Shown in pieces: positions 9,756 through 20,008 of a DNA stretch of 64,000 bases. Position 1 is the stretch's first letter; each line of letters starts with the position of its first letter. Source of the DNA: Candidatus Bathyarchaeota archaeon (GTDB taxonomy: Archaea > Thermoproteota > Bathyarchaeia > Bathyarchaeales > Bathycorpusculaceae); assembly GCA_963833575.1 (NCBI GenBank), contig CAWHXY010000004.1, forward strand, positions 128,001 to 192,000, in the 5' to 3' direction. Position numbers and translations under genes: made by a program. The notes under the pieces were generated by a model. The model worked only from the letters and a program-made list of their open reading frames with translations. It had not been told where the DNA came from and searched no databases.

Positions 9756-10436
9756 TTGATTGCACTAAAAAAAATGTGGAAAAATGATTATTTTAAGACA
9801 GTAGTTGCAATCGTTTTGATTATTGCGATTGTTCTTGGCTTTTTCTTCGGTTTACAACTAGGGCTTAAGACGTCTTATCCAATGTTGACTGTGGAAAGCG
9901 GCAGCATGAGCATTCCTTACGATGGCAGTGATAGCTTCTGGTTAAGCATAACTCACCCGTTTGACCGAACCTTAAGCATCGGAGACATCATAATTGTACA
10001 AGGCGTAAACCCCAAAGACCTAAACACAAACTACCCAAACAGCGACATAATCATATTCCACAGCCCTATAGATGGAACCTTAATTGTTCATCGCATAATT
10101 GCCACAGAAACAATCAATGGAGTAACATATTACCAAACTAAAGGTGATGGAAACGGAAACCCATGGCCACAAACCCCACGGCAAGGCTTAGACCCCTGGG
10201 ACAGCAATAACCCCCCAGGAGTTCCCCAAAACCTTGTTGTTGGCAAAGTAATTATGCGTATTCCATGGTTCGGATGGATAACACTATTCATGAGAAATAA
10301 CTCGTTAGGTTTGCCAGTGATAATAGGTCTCATACTCTTGCTTGTAATTATCGAATTTGTTATTCCAGTCATAAGAGGCAAGAAAAAAACTGAACAACAA
10401 AATGCAACCCAACCGCAGCCACAGATGTCTTTATAA
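9756..10436 (+). CDS. Signal peptidase I (Sec11/S26B type)
   Basis: N-terminal TM, VESGSM, GDIIIV, IVHRII, TKGDGN, VVGKV...IPWFG, C-terminal TM. Confidence 0.9.
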   Translation: MIALKKMWKNDYFKTVVAIVLIIAIVLGFFFGLQLGLKTSYPMLTVESGSMSIPYDGSDSFWLSITHPFDRTLSIGDIIIVQGVNPKDLNTNYPNSDIIIFHSPIDGTLIVHRIIATETINGVTYYQTKGDGNGNPWPQTPRQGLDPWDSNNPPGVPQNLVVGKVIMRIPWFGWITLFMRNNSLGLPVIIGLILLLVIIEFVIPVIRGKKKTEQQNATQPQPQMSL

Positions 10437-10491
10437 AGAAAGCTTCTGATTTATGAATATTTAAGGGCGGTTAAAGCAAGAGGGATATGGA

Positions 10492-11052
10492 TTGCCAAAA
10501 GTTAAAGCTGTCATAAGCGTCGAGAACGTGGTAGCTTCTGCAACTCTTAACCAAAAAGTTGACTTGAACGCCGTAGTTAAAGGATATCCTGGCGTTGAAT
10601 ATCGGCCAGAGCAATTCCCCGGACTGGTTTTTAGGTTAAAACGTCCTAAGACTGCAACTTTAATTTTTAATTCTGGAAAAATGGTTTGTACTGGCGCTAA
10701 ATCAGAGAAGGAAGCTCGTCGGGCTGTCATGAAGGTTGTAAAGGAACTAAAAAAGGGTGGCATAATAATTATTAGCAAACCAGAGCTTAAAATCCAAAAT
10801 ATCGTTGCCTCAGGCGGTTTAGGAGGTATGATTGATCTTGAAAAAGCTGCTTACACGCTTGGCCACGCTATGTACGAACCTGAACAGTTCCCGGGCTTAA
10901 TCTACAGAATGGCAGAGCCGAAAGTAGTGATTTTGCTTTTTGCAAGTGGCAAACTTGTTTGTACTGGAGCCAAACAGGAACAAGATGTTTACGACGCTGT
11001 AGAAAAATTGCATACGCTGTTAGAAGAGACCAACTTGATATTCTACGAGTAA
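10492..11052 (+). CDS. tbp: TATA-box binding protein
   Basis: Two repeats: ENVVAS...YRPEQFPGLVFRL...IFNSGKMVCTGAK and QNIVAS...YEPEQFPGLIYR...LFASGKLVCTGAK. Confidence 0.97.
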   Translation: MPKVKAVISVENVVASATLNQKVDLNAVVKGYPGVEYRPEQFPGLVFRLKRPKTATLIFNSGKMVCTGAKSEKEARRAVMKVVKELKKGGIIIISKPELKIQNIVASGGLGGMIDLEKAAYTLGHAMYEPEQFPGLIYRMAEPKVVILLFASGKLVCTGAKQEQDVYDAVEKLHTLLEETNLIFYE

Positions 11053-11061
11053 TATTCTGTT

Positions 11062-11688
11062 CTATCGCTTTTTTACTTGTTTTAGGATTGTTTTTAGGCT
11101 CTCATGGTCTATGGCACCTATCTCGAACAGAGTATTAGCTATTTCACTTATCTTAAGCAACGCATGAAGTTTTATTCCACTATTTTCCAATTTCTGTTTT
11201 CCTTCTTCCCTGTCAAGGAAAACAACGGCATCTGTAACGACTCCACCTTCAGCTCTGACGGCAGCACTAGTTTTTTTAAGAGTCAGCCCAGTGGTGACTA
11301 AATCATCAATTAAGAGAACTCTGTCTCCTGATGCTAAGACACCTTCGACTCTCCGTTCTCTTCCATGCATCCGAACACCTTTGCGCACGTAAAGGAAGGG
11401 TTTTCTTAGATTATATGCCACTTGTGATGCAAAGATAATACCAGCCACCGGAACACCCGCTATTCTGTCGAAGTTTTTTAGTCCAATTTGGGTGGTTATA
11501 TATTCAGCGTAGAAGTCGCAGATTTCTCTAAAAGCATCTGGAAAACTCGGTATTACTCTTAAGTCAATATAATATGGACTTGCCTTTCCACTTGATAGTT
11601 TGAATACGCCAAATTTTACAACGTCTAGTTTGAGAAGTATATTTGCCATTTGATCTTTCTTTTCTTGACTTGCTTTTTCTGTTTTCAA
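11062..11688 (-). CDS. pyrE: Orotate phosphoribosyltransferase
   Basis: FG.FKLSSGKASPYYIDLR, YVRK...HG, LIDDLVTTG, DRE. Confidence 0.93.
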   Translation of the reverse strand: MKTEKASQEKKDQMANILLKLDVVKFGVFKLSSGKASPYYIDLRVIPSFPDAFREICDFYAEYITTQIGLKNFDRIAGVPVAGIIFASQVAYNLRKPFLYVRKGVRMHGRERRVEGVLASGDRVLLIDDLVTTGLTLKKTSAAVRAEGGVVTDAVVFLDREEGKQKLENSGIKLHALLKISEIANTLFEIGAIDHESLKTILKQVKKR

Positions 11689-11692
11689 TTTA

Positions 11693-12382
11693 TCACTTCC
11701 TCTTTGATATCTGATAAATTTTGTTTAGTTGTGGAATCAAGCATGCAGTCTTTGGCAATTCCTTCTTTAACATTTCAGCAAACTCTATTTGGCTTGCGCT
11801 TGTTGCTGTATGATATGGAACAGCAACTTGAGGTTTAGTTAATCGTGCTATCTCAAAGCCTGTTGTAGGTGTTGCACCTGGGGCTATGCCAACCGTACAG
11901 AAAACTACGTCGAATTTCTCATTTTGTCCCATGACTGCGAGTTCGGGGAATGGCAGACTGTCTGCTGTGTGGTAGACTTTAACTTCATCCTCACTGGTTA
12001 TAATGTAAGACACTGGAGCTTGGGCTGGATGGTTACATTTTTCTGCTTTTATTGAGACTTCGCCGATTTTTGTTTCAACTCCTGGTTTGACTTCTTGAAG
12101 TTTCTCAGCTGGAATTGCATGTTGCAGTTTTTTGGTTGAGGCTGCATCAGCGATTATGATGCAGTTTGTTGCTTTTTGAACTTCAATTATTAGTCGTGGA
12201 TCTAAATGGTCATAATGTTCATGAGTTATTAGAATTGCATCTACGCCTTTCAGGCTCTTTGGTTTGACGTCAACTGGATCAATTGCAAGGGTTTTGCTTG
12301 GGGTTTTCAGCAATACTCCGGCGTAAGGGTTTAGCCAAACAAATAGGACAGCGTTTTTTTCTGGTATTTTCTGTATCGACAT
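11693..12382 (-). CDS. MBL-fold metallo-hydrolase (UlaG/UPF0173-like)
   Basis: IDP, ITHEHYDH, YHTADS, AVPYH; ATG at 12382 follows SD GAGGA. Confidence 0.85.
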   Translation of the reverse strand: MSIQKIPEKNAVLFVWLNPYAGVLLKTPSKTLAIDPVDVKPKSLKGVDAILITHEHYDHLDPRLIIEVQKATNCIIIADAASTKKLQHAIPAEKLQEVKPGVETKIGEVSIKAEKCNHPAQAPVSYIITSEDEVKVYHTADSLPFPELAVMGQNEKFDVVFCTVGIAPGATPTTGFEIARLTKPQVAVPYHTATSASQIEFAEMLKKELPKTACLIPQLNKIYQISKRK

Positions 12383-12466
12383 AACTTGATTCCTCAAACT
12401 AATTATGTATTTGATGTTTTAAAGAAGTTGCGTTATTTGATTTCTCGAGAAGTAGTACTCTGCTTG

Positions 12467-12754
12467 TTACTGGTTCCCGATTACATCTTTGATCCATTTG
12501 ACTAGCGTTTTATACGTCTCTATTCCTTTTGGAGTAAGCGAAATATGTTTTGAACGCTCAGCATCTTCTCTTACGTTAATTAACCCTTTATTTTCAAGCC
12601 AATCTAAATATTTAGTATAAACATTAAAGTTTAGACCAACCGCCATTTGAAGTTCCGTCTTACGTCGTGAACCACCTGAAGCAATCAATTTTTCCAGAAA
12701 CCTTGAAACCACGTATAAGTCTGGTTTAGGTTCTTTTTCCTGTGGCACTGACAT
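12467..12754 (-). CDS. Winged-helix DNA-binding protein (HTH_45-like)
   Basis: KTELQMAVGLNF...KYLDWL..KGLI, LTPKG. Confidence 0.8.
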   Translation of the reverse strand: MSVPQEKEPKPDLYVVSRFLEKLIASGGSRRKTELQMAVGLNFNVYTKYLDWLENKGLINVREDAERSKHISLTPKGIETYKTLVKWIKDVIGNQ

Positions 12755-12764
12755 ATTTTTCCCT

Positions 12765-13427
12765 TCACAGGTTTTCTATGGCGCTGGCAGTGTAGGTTCT
12801 GAATCTGACGACATTTGATTGCCATTTTTCAAATTTTAAGTTAATTCCATAGTAAGTTGCTATCGCCAAAATGAACATGTAAACAATGAAAGCAACTTCT
12901 ATTATCCTAAATTCTATAATGTTCACTTGGTAAACAGATAATAGGAAAATTACGATTGCGACGATGGGCCAAAAAAGCACGCTAAAAACATCCTTTTTTA
13001 TAGTTCTGATCCAATCGCCAGTTGCCAAAACCACTTTCATCAAGTTTTCAATGATAGACTGACCATCCCTTTGGGAGTCCAATGTATTATCAGGCTTAAT
13101 GAATGAAGCAAGTACTTTTTTCCAGTATGGAATATCCTCGGTACAACAGTTTCTGTTTCCAAGCATGTTTCTGGCGAAAACCCAAGCAGCAATTGCGAGG
13201 AAAATTACGCCTTCTGTAAAGAACTGTTGTTTGCTTGGATCTGCAACGAACAGTCCGATTGAAACTAAACCAACAATTGAAAGAGAGAGCAGCAATGCGG
13301 TAAGGCAATATTTCCACACTTTAGACAGGGTATCAAGGATTTGGTTTGCGTCATGTATCATAGAAATATAAGAAGAATCAAGATTATCTTTTGTTGAACT
13401 GTTGTTCTGACTGTCATCGTTGATCAT
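12765..13427 (-). CDS. Hypothetical membrane protein (about 4 TM)
   Basis: Two pairs of hydrophobic helices; ATG at 13427 after SD GAGGT. Confidence 0.7.
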   Translation of the reverse strand: MINDDSQNNSSTKDNLDSSYISMIHDANQILDTLSKVWKYCLTALLLSLSIVGLVSIGLFVADPSKQQFFTEGVIFLAIAAWVFARNMLGNRNCCTEDIPYWKKVLASFIKPDNTLDSQRDGQSIIENLMKVVLATGDWIRTIKKDVFSVLFWPIVAIVIFLLSVYQVNIIEFRIIEVAFIVYMFILAIATYYGINLKFEKWQSNVVRFRTYTASAIENL

Positions 13428-13488
13428 TAATTTTACCTCAAGACCCCTGAAATACAAAAAGGAGGGGAAATGCGTTTAACTTTTTCTA

Positions 13489-13680
13489 TCACTTATCAGG
13501 CGGTCTCCGGCATTCAATGGCGCAAGCGGTTATCCACAATCCTATCATAACGATTAGCATAGAACCAAAGATATCAAATCTCAAGGTTAAAACTCCAGTT
13601 TCGTTTAGTAGGTCGATGGCTCAAGCTGCAATTATGATTAGACCTAATGCCAAAAGCAACAATATACTATATTGTCTCAT
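13489..13680 (-). pseudogene. Small 2-TM membrane protein gene interrupted by an in-frame TGA at codon 20
   Basis: Strong SD AGGAGGTGAAGG then MRQYSILLLLALGLIIIAA*AIDLLNETGVLTLRFDIFGSMLIVMIGLWITACAIECRRPPDK*; internal TGA at 13623-13621. Confidence 0.6.
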
Positions 13681-13693
13681 CCTTCACCTCCTA

Positions 13694-14512
13694 TCAGATC
13701 AGCTTGCTTAGAAACCACTGCAACCCGTCGCTGAGCCACGTTACCATTATGCTCTTACGCCACAAGTAGATGGCTGCGACCAACGTAACCCCAATGAAGA
13801 CAAACGTGAACGGCAATCCCTCGTACCAGTATTCAGGATTACTCATCTCATGCAACGTGTACATGGCACCTATGAGAAAGGGCACGGCATAACGGTTCAG
13901 CCGTTTACCTATTCTGTCAGTTAAGAAGCCAAAGTAAAACAAGTTCTCCACTGTTGAAGCTGGATTCCCGAACATTCTAAACGCTGTCGCAAAGACGGCA
14001 GGTAAAAGAGCAATCTGTAAAACGCTCGAAGAAGCCACAGCTTGAAGCAAGCCTAAGCCTCCAATAATTGCAATCGCGGCAGCGTCGCCTTTCCAGCCTC
14101 TTGATCGAAAGCCTAGTTCTGACAGGTCAAATTTCCAGTGAAGGTAAATGTAAACGACGACCGCAATGGTTGCTATGTAATGCAGAGGATACCAGAGAAC
14201 TACACTGACGGCTGCGGCAGCAACAGGAATAATGAAGCCTGGTTTCTTGAAGGTGCTCCAGCCCTTGGTAAGCAGCAGAGGCAGAATTAGGAAGATTCCA
14301 GCGTAGTTGATAGAAAATAAGAGGAGCCCTTTTTCGTTTGAGTATGTCCAATCATGCATGTTTAAACCCAGAGCAATAGGAATTATCAGGTTCAACGCTA
14401 CGGTTACGGCAAAGAAAAATGTCCAAATAATTAGAGCCTGCTTCGCCTTCTTTTTTGCGTCCCAACTAAGTTTATTATTTTGTTTTTGGTTTAATGACTT
14501 ATTTGCATTCAA
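13694..14512 (-). CDS. CPBP/Abi (CAAX-type) intramembrane protease-like protein, degenerate motifs
   Basis: Multi-TM; VENLFYFGFL (EExxxR-like), YTLHE (FxxxH-like); the last-motif His is apparently missing (WLSD). Confidence 0.55.
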   Translation of the reverse strand: MNANKSLNQKQNNKLSWDAKKKAKQALIIWTFFFAVTVALNLIIPIALGLNMHDWTYSNEKGLLLFSINYAGIFLILPLLLTKGWSTFKKPGFIIPVAAAAVSVVLWYPLHYIATIAVVVYIYLHWKFDLSELGFRSRGWKGDAAAIAIIGGLGLLQAVASSSVLQIALLPAVFATAFRMFGNPASTVENLFYFGFLTDRIGKRLNRYAVPFLIGAMYTLHEMSNPEYWYEGLPFTFVFIGVTLVAAIYLWRKSIMVTWLSDGLQWFLSKLI

Positions 14513-14788
14513 TGTTTATCGATTAAATCGATTGAAGAATGTTAACAATGTCGGTTGCTCCACGCCGATACGTACCGTTGGTACAGTCAAAATTCTTGTC
14601 TATAATTTTAAAAAAAGAAAGGATGGGGTCAAGAAATCGGCTGAAAACGATTGTATGTAAATTGAATGTTAGATTATGATGGCTGGTTTGTAATTGTTTA
14701 GCTGTACAACACTAAGGCTGAGGTTGAGTTTTGGGAATAAAGGTTATGTAGACAATTATATGATAGGGGATAATAAGGGAGAAAACGG

Positions 14789-15418
14789 ATGAAGCGGTCA
14801 CTGAAAAGTTTAGGTCAAGGTTTTCTGGTGGCAACGGGGATAATTTGGATATTCAATATATCCTCACTTTTCATAAACGGTGACGCTTGGCTAGCTTTGC
14901 TTTACCTGCTGATACTGCTAATTCCTGTGTCAAGCTTTACGTATTTAGGATTCAGAAACACAAACACTCAAACTTCACACGAAATTTCAAAATGGCGGAA
15001 ACTACTTTTTTCTTTCCAAGGTGTAGCGTTGGCATTCTGGATGTTTGATTTAGCAACAACTTTCTACGCAATTAACGTTACAGGTTTAGCTGTAGAATTG
15101 AATCCTCTAGGTTGGCCGCTTGGGATTTTAGGTGCGCTAACATACTATGCTCCAACATTGGTTTTTTCATACATTTTGCTGTTTAAGATTAGAGACAAAA
15201 TTTCGTTGTACGCTGCCATACCGTTAACGCTAATTACGCTTGGCATGGGTTCAATGAATTTGATTGCGGGGGCGCAAAATTTTCAAGTGTTTGCTGACAC
15301 TGCAGCATTGGCATCGGGAGTACGATTTGGACTCTTGGCTGTTATCGGTACGGTAAGTTTGACGATTCCATTTGCTTTAAAAAGAACGACAAATCAGCCT
15401 AAAGCCGTTTTGTCATGA
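14789..15418 (+). CDS. Hypothetical multi-pass membrane protein (DUF5658-like C-terminal half)
   Basis: FDLATTFYA...ELNPL motif, about 6 TM. Confidence 0.6.
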   Translation: MKRSLKSLGQGFLVATGIIWIFNISSLFINGDAWLALLYLLILLIPVSSFTYLGFRNTNTQTSHEISKWRKLLFSFQGVALAFWMFDLATTFYAINVTGLAVELNPLGWPLGILGALTYYAPTLVFSYILLFKIRDKISLYAAIPLTLITLGMGSMNLIAGAQNFQVFADTAALASGVRFGLLAVIGTVSLTIPFALKRTTNQPKAVLS

Positions 15419-15875
15419 CGTATGCATCTTCGCCGTCTGAATAATACCCGTTTAAGGTTCTTGTAATTTCGAAGCCAAGCTTCTTGTAGAGCGAAATTGC
15501 AATGTCGTTTGTCACTCTAACTTCTAGAAAGCATTGTTTGGCTTTGTAATACTGCATACCCTCTAACGCTTTGTTGATTACCGACTGGGCAATGCCTTTG
15601 CGCCTATGCTGCGGCAACACCGCTATGGATACTACATGTCCTTTTTTTACTAAGCCGCCAAAACCATAATTTGATAAACCGACTTCAATACGGCACATTA
15701 TGTAACCTGCGATTGCCCCATTTTCTTCTGCTACGATAAAAGTTTCGGGAAAACGCTGATGTAAGTCCATAAAGAAAAAGTCGGTATAATTTTCTGGTAA
15801 ACAAACTCGGTTAATTTGCATCACACTTTGTAGGTCATCAGGCATGAATTTACGTAGCTTGAAGGTTTGTTGCAT
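15399..15875 (-). CDS. rimI: N-terminal protein acetyltransferase RimI/Ard1 (GNAT)
   Basis: LPENY, GYIMCRIE, GHVVSIAV, RRKGIA, LEVRVTN..AI.LY, YYSDGEDA. Confidence 0.92.
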   Translation of the reverse strand: MQQTFKLRKFMPDDLQSVMQINRVCLPENYTDFFFMDLHQRFPETFIVAEENGAIAGYIMCRIEVGLSNYGFGGLVKKGHVVSIAVLPQHRRKGIAQSVINKALEGMQYYKAKQCFLEVRVTNDIAISLYKKLGFEITRTLNGYYSDGEDAYVMTKRL

Positions 15876-15968
15876 TCTTTCGCCTTCTTAATCCACATTT
15901 CACTGTTGTAACTTAAAGTTTGTGCTTTAAGCGTCAATTATTTTCTTTTTGAGTATCGTAGATACTGT

Positions 15969-17258
15969 TTAAGTCTTGGTTTCTTCAGGCGCCTTAAACA
16001 CTGGCAGTGTATAGCTGCCTTGGGGCATTGCCCAAACTCTTGATGCTGAACCGGCAATCTTTAGTGCTTCGGTCATAGCGTCGTTTACTGCTCTTGCAGT
16101 TTTGAATTTGAATATGCTTGTAGCATAATAATCCGGCAAAGAAGACACCAAAATGATTTGGTGATTTTGCAGCGCTTTTAAGAGATAATAAGCCTTGTGA
16201 CCGCCCATGACAAAATTGCGCCTAATCTCGCGCTCAACATTCTTCAAATCGCCTAAACGTGCCATCCAATCATAAAACACTTGGTTCCCATGCCCTTCAG
16301 GACATTCAGCTACTAGAATTATTACGCCTCCGCGTTTGACTGCGTCTACCGCGTTGTCTAAAGCTTTGTAGGCTTGGTAAAGATTAATGTCAGCCGGGTA
16401 GCCACCTGCACTTACAACCAGGATGTCTGACCGACGTTCAACTGTTAAACGGTACATTTCATTAACGAGTTTCACGGCTTCAAGGAAAGCCTCTTCCAAA
16501 TCGCCAGCGAATGCTTTTACGATTTCGCCTTTTTTATTTTGCACAACGTTTACGACGAAATCGACTTTGGCCAATTTCGCTGCTTCAGTCATGTCTTGAT
16601 GGACGGGGTTTTCCTCTAAATTTCCTGTTCGCGCATTAGCATGAAGTAGCATGACGTGATTGTGCTTGATGGTTTCTTCGCCGCAGACCGCTGGCAAAAC
16701 ACTTTTTCTACCGCCGCCATATCCTGCATAATAATGAAATCCAACATCACCTAAAAGTACCCTTACATCTGCCTCAGCGAAAACACGGTTAACAAAAACT
16801 TTGTTGCCATGAGTTTTAGTTGTGCCCAAATATACTAAATCGGTTGCTCTGTAGTCGTGACTGACAGTTTTTACCCGTTTAAGCACTTCTTCACCAAGCA
16901 GTTCAACGGCTTCTTCAGGCTTAACCGACCGGTGTGTTCCACAGCCAAAAATAATCGTGATATTATCGTCTCTTACACCAGCCAAATTAAGCTCGGCAAG
17001 TACTGGCAGAAGCATCATTTCGCTGGGTGTTTTACGGGTGCCATCGTCAACAACTATTGCGACTTTGCTTTCTGGCTTAGCTATTTCACTTAAGCGTTTT
17101 GAACCAATAGGAATAGGATCTTTAAGGGCGCGTTCAACCTCAGCTTTGCCGTCGGGTGCACCTTGGCGTTCAAGAGGCTCGATTGTTCCAAGGAGATTTC
17201 GGGCTGGAACTCTTATGCATACGTCTGTTTTTCCATAGGGAAGCCAAACATCAACCAT
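15969..17258 (-). CDS. larA: LarA-family nickel-pincer-dependent alpha-hydroxyacid racemase/epimerase
   Basis: DDGTR, GCGTHR, HYYAGYGGGRKS, SAGGYP.D.NLYQ..K, AECPEG.G. Confidence 0.85.
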   Translation of the reverse strand: MVDVWLPYGKTDVCIRVPARNLLGTIEPLERQGAPDGKAEVERALKDPIPIGSKRLSEIAKPESKVAIVVDDGTRKTPSEMMLLPVLAELNLAGVRDDNITIIFGCGTHRSVKPEEAVELLGEEVLKRVKTVSHDYRATDLVYLGTTKTHGNKVFVNRVFAEADVRVLLGDVGFHYYAGYGGGRKSVLPAVCGEETIKHNHVMLLHANARTGNLEENPVHQDMTEAAKLAKVDFVVNVVQNKKGEIVKAFAGDLEEAFLEAVKLVNEMYRLTVERRSDILVVSAGGYPADINLYQAYKALDNAVDAVKRGGVIILVAECPEGHGNQVFYDWMARLGDLKNVEREIRRNFVMGGHKAYYLLKALQNHQIILVSSLPDYYATSIFKFKTARAVNDAMTEALKIAGSASRVWAMPQGSYTLPVFKAPEETKT

Positions 17259-17423
17259 GAGGGGTCACATGCTATTTTACATGTACTCGACGTAAGAAAC
17301 TATTAAGCCTTGTCAAAACAAAGATAAAATTCTCTGCACCATTCATCGTCCACAATACATAAATCCTAATGGGGAGAGGAATAGGCTAATTGCGATAAAT
17401 AAATTGATACAGAAAGGTTGGGT

Positions 17424-18290
17424 TTAAGCAGCTTTTGGTTTAACTTTCTCAACTGCACCGCTTAAACTTGACATTTCAGCATTTGCTTTTCTAATCAAGT
17501 CACCGATTGTTTCTTTGGTTGGAATTGCAGCGCCGACAGCCAATGCAACAGCTTTTTGATGTGCATTCTGTAGAAGCGGTTTGATTGTATCTTTGGTTGG
17601 ATAAGAGATGCCCATTGCTAAAGCGAAAGCTTCTTGGTTGCTTTGTTCAACGCTTCTTCTTGTTGCATCAACGTCTATTTTGAGTTGGTCACCGGTGATC
17701 ATCAAACCATCATCGAAAACCGCTCGCATAGAAATGCCCAACTCAACTGCTTTAATTCCTAGTTTTGAGAGGACACCTGCAAGTTGCTCGTTGATTTCTT
17801 CACCTCTCCGAACTACGAGTGTATCTTTGCTAACCCAGACACTTCCAGACTCAATTCTTGTAGGTAAGCCAACACCGTTTAGCTGGCTGATTATTGGACC
17901 TGGAGCTTGACCAGTGTTGCCGGCAGGAACAATTACGTCCATTGCGGCTTTGTCTCCTGACTTGGCGGTTGTTTTTACTTTGCCCCGTTCTAGCATCAAG
18001 GCTAGTTTGAAGGGGTTGATGTCTGTGAACAAGTAAACGTTTGACCCATCCAAGTATACTTCGAGCTTTTTCAGATTTGCTTGATTCATCTCTTCAATAG
18101 CTAACCGCATCAGAGTATTCTTTAGAACACGCAGGTAAACTTTGCCAGCCATACTCTTCTTCAATTCTTGTAGCTGAGAAGCACGGACCTTCTTCAGGCT
18201 AGCGATGCCAATCGATTTGTGTTCTTTCAGTATTCCCTTTATGGCTTCTACTTCGATTGACTTTTCATCTAATACTTGTTGGGACGGCAT
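17424..18290 (-). CDS. rpl10: 50S ribosomal protein uL10 (P0)
   Basis: KNTL, NPFKL, PAGNTGQAPGP, L.KLGI, stalk-binding helices YPTKDTI and IPTKETI. Confidence 0.95.
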   Translation of the reverse strand: MPSQQVLDEKSIEVEAIKGILKEHKSIGIASLKKVRASQLQELKKSMAGKVYLRVLKNTLMRLAIEEMNQANLKKLEVYLDGSNVYLFTDINPFKLALMLERGKVKTTAKSGDKAAMDVIVPAGNTGQAPGPIISQLNGVGLPTRIESGSVWVSKDTLVVRRGEEINEQLAGVLSKLGIKAVELGISMRAVFDDGLMITGDQLKIDVDATRRSVEQSNQEAFALAMGISYPTKDTIKPLLQNAHQKAVALAVGAAIPTKETIGDLIRKANAEMSSLSGAVEKVKPKAA

Positions 18291-18306
18291 ATTTCTCTTC
18301 TCTTTG

Positions 18307-18957
18307 TTAAGGTTTAATTTTTATTGGTTCACCCATAGATGTCTTGAGAAAAGCGTACTTTACGTTTTTCAAGCCGCGTTTAAGTTTTCCATCTAAAACA
18401 CGAAGAACTGCCATTGTGTTATCGACAAGTTCTTCATCTTTCATCTGTTGAGTGCCAACTGAAACTTGAATAATCGGTTGATTGCGCATTCTAACAACCA
18501 CGGTTTTACGATGTTTTTTCACCAATGCTGCAATATCTGCGTTAGGAGGAACAGGAATAGGCATTTTTCCTCTTGGACCAAGAACTGGACCAAGTATTCT
18601 ACCTACGAGCGGCATTAGCGGCGCTTCAGAGATGAAAACATCATAGTCGCTGGCAAGCTTGCGCAGTTCTTTCTTTTTGCCATTTAAGGAATCTAGATCT
18701 GCACGTTCAATAACGTGGTCAGCTTGGGCGTTTTTTGCTTTTAACGCAAATTCTCCAGAAGCAATAACACAAACTTTGTTTGGTTTGCCAGTGTCGTGAG
18801 GAAGTTCTACAATCTCTTGGATTTTGCCTTCTGGCGCCTTCATATCGATTTCCATAATATCTAAGATCAAATCTACTGTCTGGTTGAATTTTTTCTCGCC
18901 AGACTTAGTCTTTGCCTGTTTAATTGCTTCTGATATCGTTTTGTTGTCTAGGGGCAT
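18307..18957 (-). CDS. rpl1: 50S ribosomal protein uL1
   Basis: KFNQTVDL, LGPVLGPRGKMP, KTSMG; ATG at 18957. Confidence 0.96.
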   Translation of the reverse strand: MPLDNKTISEAIKQAKTKSGEKKFNQTVDLILDIMEIDMKAPEGKIQEIVELPHDTGKPNKVCVIASGEFALKAKNAQADHVIERADLDSLNGKKKELRKLASDYDVFISEAPLMPLVGRILGPVLGPRGKMPIPVPPNADIAALVKKHRKTVVVRMRNQPIIQVSVGTQQMKDEELVDNTMAVLRVLDGKLKRGLKNVKYAFLKTSMGEPIKIKP

Positions 18958-19015
18958 TTTTAAGCCTCGTGCCAATGAGGGATTGGAAATCGATTATAAA
19001 AGTATTCGCTTGTCA

Positions 19016-19504
19016 TTATTCAGTACCAAATAGCTGTTCGTAGGTGCCAGCGTCAACTTCTTTTTGGACTTCACGGGGATCTTTTCCTTCAACAGTGACG
19101 CCTAAACTAATGCAGGTTCCGAGCATCTCCTTTGTTGCTTTCTTGAGAGTTGGCGATAAAAGTTGAGGTTGCTTAATTTTAGCTATTCTCACCATCTGCT
19201 CCATAGATAGGTTGCCTACTTTAACTGTGTTAGGTGTTCCTGACCCCTTCTCAATTTTCAATTCAGCAACAATAAGTGCTGAAGCGGTTGGTGTGCCAAC
19301 GGAAATTTCGAAGCTTTTATCCTCTGAATCAGCGGTGATTTTTACTGGAACCTTCATTCCAGCATAGTCTTTGGTAAGCTCGTTAATTTTTGTGACGACA
19401 GCCATAACGTTTAGGCCTAACGGACCTAAAGCTGGACCCAATGGTGGACCTGCATTGGCTTGTCCTCCGTTTACGAGCAATTCTACTATTTTTTTCTCTC
19501 CCAT
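19016..19504 (-). CDS. rpl11: 50S ribosomal protein uL11
   Basis: [35 protein letters not shown]. Confidence 0.97.
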   Translation of the reverse strand: MGEKKIVELLVNGGQANAGPPLGPALGPLGLNVMAVVTKINELTKDYAGMKVPVKITADSEDKSFEISVGTPTASALIVAELKIEKGSGTPNTVKVGNLSMEQMVRIAKIKQPQLLSPTLKKATKEMLGTCISLGVTVEGKDPREVQKEVDAGTYEQLFGTE

Positions 19505-19521
19505 ATTGTTTCACCAGTTTA

Positions 19522-19992
19522 TTATTTTGCTTTCTCTACTAGTTTTACATAGTCTGAATGTACTGTAATTGGCAAAGTGAATGTTGCCTCAAGCAGTTCA
19601 AGCGTAACTTCGCCTTTTGCTTTGTCAAGTCTTGTGATTTTAGCGCGCATGCCTTTGAACGGGCCACCAGTAATTTCGACGACGTCATCTTCGTTGAGGT
19701 CTTCCATAACTGGTTTTCTAACAATGTACCGCTCAATTTCTGCGAAGCTAACGAGCCCAGGTATTCTGGAGCGCACATGCCTTAAACCTGTGATGGCTTC
19801 TTCCACTAGGTGTGGTCCGTCAGCTTCAACGAACACGTACCCTTTTAATGTGTCTGGTACAAGAAGAGCTTTTATTGGAATATGGTTCATGTCAACTTTC
19901 GAGGCAATGAGTCGTGCAACATTGCGTTCTTGGCCTGTGGTTGTTTTGACAACGAAAATTTTTACTTGTCTTTGCTCTTCTTTTTTGTCCAT
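19522..19992 (-). CDS. spt5: Transcription elongation factor Spt5 (NGN + KOW)
   Basis: KTTTGQE.NVA, LKGYVFVEA, VEITGGPFKG. Confidence 0.96.
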   Translation of the reverse strand: MDKKEEQRQVKIFVVKTTTGQERNVARLIASKVDMNHIPIKALLVPDTLKGYVFVEADGPHLVEEAITGLRHVRSRIPGLVSFAEIERYIVRKPVMEDLNEDDVVEITGGPFKGMRAKITRLDKAKGEVTLELLEATFTLPITVHSDYVKLVEKAK

Positions 19993-20008
19993 AAAATCCA
20001 GCTTCCTT

